From Bacillota bacterium (GTDB taxonomy: Bacteria > Bacillota > Clostridia > Oscillospirales > Ethanoligenentaceae): DNA of 57,140 bases. A program made the translations under genes and the position numbers. Of this stretch, positions 54,919-57,140 are shown piece after piece; the stretch's first letter is position 1, and every line of letters begins with the position of its first letter. The notes below the pieces were generated by a model. That model ran no database searches. It was not told the DNA's origin and worked only from the letters and a program-made list of their open reading frames with translations. The DNA is taken from contig JAEWAE010000020.1 in assembly GCA_023391835.1 (NCBI GenBank), positions 1-57,140 of the forward strand. The letters are read 5' to 3'.

Positions 54919-55803
54919 TTGGAATACATCCGGACTGTGCTGAAAAGCGACTTTGCCATCGAGTCGATTGTGAGTCTACACTATTTTGAATTCGCCCGGG
55001 ATTATATCTTCGAGGGCGAAAGCCACGACTTCTGGGAATTTGTCTATGCCGACACGGGCGAGGTGGAGGTCATGGCGGACACCGACGGCTACCGGCTCAA
55101 ACAGGGGGACGTCATTTTCCACCGCCCCAACGAGTTCCACAACCTGTGGGCCAACGGCCGTATCGCGCCGAATCTGATCGTCATCTCCTTCTGCTGCCAT
55201 TCGCCCGCCATGGCCTTTTTTGAAAAAAAAATATTTCATGTGGCGGATGCCGAAAGGCAGCTGCTGACCCGCATTGTGCAGGAAGCGAAGCAGACCTTTG
55301 CGTCGCCGCTGAACGTTTCTTCCCTGCGCAAGCTCGAGCCGCGGGAAAAAGCTCCCCTGGGCGGCGAGCAGCTTATCCGCATGATGCTGGAAGCGTTCCT
55401 CATCCTGCTGATGCGGCGCAACACCCAGGTCAAAAGCGTCGCCCGCCTGTCGTCGGCCGTACGGGAACGGTCGGACGGAAACATCGCCCGGAAGGTGGCA
55501 CGGTATCTTTCCGCCCGCGTCTGCGGCAGTCTCACTTTTGAGGAGGTCTGCGATGCCCTGCACATGAGCCGGACCAATCTCAAGACCATTTTCAAATCCG
55601 CCACCGGCCAGTCGGTGATGGAATATTACCGGGGACTCAAGATTGAGGAGGCCAAGCGGCTGATCCGGGAAACGGACCTCAATTTCACCCAGATTGCCGA
55701 TAAGCTGGGCTACTCGTCGATCCACTATTTTTCCCGGCAATTCAAAAACGTGACCGGCACGACCCCTTCGCAATACAGCTGCTCCGCCAAGCTGTTCCTC
55801 TGA
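54919..55803 (+). CDS. AraC family transcriptional regulator (cupin + HTH)
   Basis: C-terminal AraC HTH signature (…IADKLGYSSIHYFSRQFKNVTGTTPSQY). Confidence 0.85.
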   Translation: MEYIRTVLKSDFAIESIVSLHYFEFARDYIFEGESHDFWEFVYADTGEVEVMADTDGYRLKQGDVIFHRPNEFHNLWANGRIAPNLIVISFCCHSPAMAFFEKKIFHVADAERQLLTRIVQEAKQTFASPLNVSSLRKLEPREKAPLGGEQLIRMMLEAFLILLMRRNTQVKSVARLSSAVRERSDGNIARKVARYLSARVCGSLTFEEVCDALHMSRTNLKTIFKSATGQSVMEYYRGLKIEEAKRLIRETDLNFTQIADKLGYSSIHYFSRQFKNVTGTTPSQYSCSAKLFL

Positions 55804-55938
55804 CCCGGTCCGCTGTCATTATACCGCAGGGGGCCGGCAAATGCTTTGCCTTCCCAGCCGCATATTTTGTCAAATCGGCCGGTCCCCTGTCGGCGTCATT
55901 TCGGGCCGCCGTTATTTCAAATTCAGGAGGGTGTTCGG

Positions 55939-57138
55939 ATGAATCAGACGTTTCTTTCCCAGTTTCCGCCTGCGCTGTCGCAGAAAATGGTCGAAATCCG
56001 GCGTCAGCTTCATCGTCGGCCGGAGCTGGCGCTCCACGAAACCGCGACGGCGGAGTACATCGAGACCCGGCTGCAGGAGCTGGGCATACCCTGCGCCCGC
56101 TGCGCCGGCACCGGCGTGGTGGGGCTGATCGACGGGGGCGGCGACACGACGATCGGCATCCGGGCCGACATCGACGCGCTGCCCGTCAGTGAGCAAAACG
56201 ACATTTCCTACCGTTCGGAGCACCCGGGCGTCATGCACGCCTGCGGGCACGACGGGCACGTCGCCATGGCCCTGGGTGCGGCGGAGCTGCTTGGCCGGAT
56301 GAAGCGGGAGGGGCGGCTGCCGGGCCGGGTCAAGCTGCTTTTTCAGCCCGCCGAGGAACAATTCGGCGGCGCCCAGCGGATGATCGACGCGGGGGCGCTG
56401 CATCATCCGGACGTGCAGGCCGTCGTCGCGCTGCACATCTGGCCCGCGTTGGAAAAAGGCCGCGTCTTTTGCCGGGAGGGCTGCGTGATGGCCTCCAACG
56501 ACCGGGTCAGGATTACCATCCGCGGCAGCGGCGGCCACGGGGCCATGCCCCAGCTTTGCCGCGACGCGCTGACGGCGGGCTGCCAGGTCATCGGCGGGGT
56601 CCAGACCTTCCTGACGCGGGAGCTGGACCCTCAGGAGCCTCAGGTCGTGACGTTCGGCACCTTCCATTCCGGCACCACCTACAACATCGTGTCCGACCGG
56701 ACGGTCATCGAGGGCACCGTGCGCACGGTCAGCGAGACCACCCGCACCAAGATTGAAAACCGGATGGGCGAAATTGCAAAGGGCATCTGTGCGGCTATGC
56801 ATGTGGAATGCGATTTTGAATATATCCGCCAGTTCCCGCCCACCTTCAATCACCCGGCGCTGACCCTCCTGTGCCGGCAGGCAACTGCGGACGCGCTGGG
56901 GGAATCCCGCACCGGGAGCTTCGACAGACCCTTTATGACGGCGGAGGATTTCGCCTGTTTCGGCAATTGCGTCCCCGCATTTTTGGGCTTCCTCGGCGCA
57001 AGGGAGCCGGAGCGCGACTATCCGCTGCACCACGCCCGGTTTAATTTTGACGAAAATCTTCTGACCGTGGGCGCCGCCTTCGAGGCGGCCGCCGCGCTGC
57101 GCTTTTTGCAGAGCGGCGGACTGCCGGCCGTGGAGTGA
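55939..57138 (+). CDS. M20 family metallopeptidase / N-acyl-L-amino-acid amidohydrolase (hippurate hydrolase-like)
   Basis: M20D motifs (HACGHDGH, …GGHGAMP…). A CAGGAGGG SD precedes the ATG at 55939. Confidence 0.85.
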   Translation: MNQTFLSQFPPALSQKMVEIRRQLHRRPELALHETATAEYIETRLQELGIPCARCAGTGVVGLIDGGGDTTIGIRADIDALPVSEQNDISYRSEHPGVMHACGHDGHVAMALGAAELLGRMKREGRLPGRVKLLFQPAEEQFGGAQRMIDAGALHHPDVQAVVALHIWPALEKGRVFCREGCVMASNDRVRITIRGSGGHGAMPQLCRDALTAGCQVIGGVQTFLTRELDPQEPQVVTFGTFHSGTTYNIVSDRTVIEGTVRTVSETTRTKIENRMGEIAKGICAAMHVECDFEYIRQFPPTFNHPALTLLCRQATADALGESRTGSFDRPFMTAEDFACFGNCVPAFLGFLGAREPERDYPLHHARFNFDENLLTVGAAFEAAAALRFLQSGGLPAVE

Positions 57139-57140
57139 CC

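Noticed and set aside
1-57140. Searched for tRNA/rRNA, CRISPR arrays, integrase/transposase/recombinase genes and terminal inverted repeats
   Set aside because: No GTTCRA-type tRNA T-arm contexts sit in any intergenic gap. No repeat-spacer arrays are present. No ORF carries DDE, tyrosine- or serine-recombinase motifs. By these criteria the window looks like native chromosome rather than a mobile element.

Overview
GC-rich bacterial chromosomal segment. Codon usage and motifs (SpoVT/AbrB regulator, FHA-SEDS/PBP pair, YdjI-like SPFH protein) point to a Gram-positive anaerobe of the Clostridia type. It is densely packed with about 50 protein-coding genes on both strands, mostly in short operons bounded by clear rho-independent hairpins. 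I found no rRNA, tRNA, CRISPR array, transposase or integrase. Content from left to right: cell-wall amidase, MBL hydrolase, glyoxalase-family protein, msrAB, SOS polymerase dinB, a RACo-like corrinoid-activation tri-domain protein, yqeY, corA, sfsA, radical-SAM enzyme, MFS exporter, an FHA-fused FtsW/RodA with its class-B PBP, aldo-keto reductase-ferredoxin fusion, ClC channel, HtrA protease, a LacI regulator next to the first of two heterodimeric ABC exporter pairs (the second lies about 3.5 kb further downstream), GNAT, Cof-HAD, yjbQ, serine hydrolase, an AbrB-like/ABC/ABC-2 operon, patatin, nrdD with a fused C-terminal glutaredoxin-like domain, acyl-ACP thioesterase, ugd-glf, an amino-acid permease, and a hexosamine-salvage-like cluster (GH20 hexosaminidase, NahK-like kinase, sugar-phosphate nucleotidyltransferase, two AraC regulators, ADP-ribosylglycohydrolase, M20 amidohydrolase). 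The most unusual locus is a tightly coupled four-gene minus-strand operon at 39.6-42.9 kb. It encodes an SPFH/band-7 (YdjI-like) protein carrying five tandem zinc ribbons, a polytopic membrane protein, and two tandem paralogous membrane proteins with a wHTH-like domain and a C-terminal zinc ribbon. It is driven by a near-consensus promoter embedded in nested inverted repeats. Its layout resembles the Bacillus PspA-associated ydjGHI module, but no pspA is present. A second candidate is a 49-codon ORF that is not in the ORF track. It has its own consensus promoter, strong SD and terminator, and sits immediately upstream of an ABC exporter pair. Most ORF-track entries lying antisense to these genes are GC-driven artefacts.
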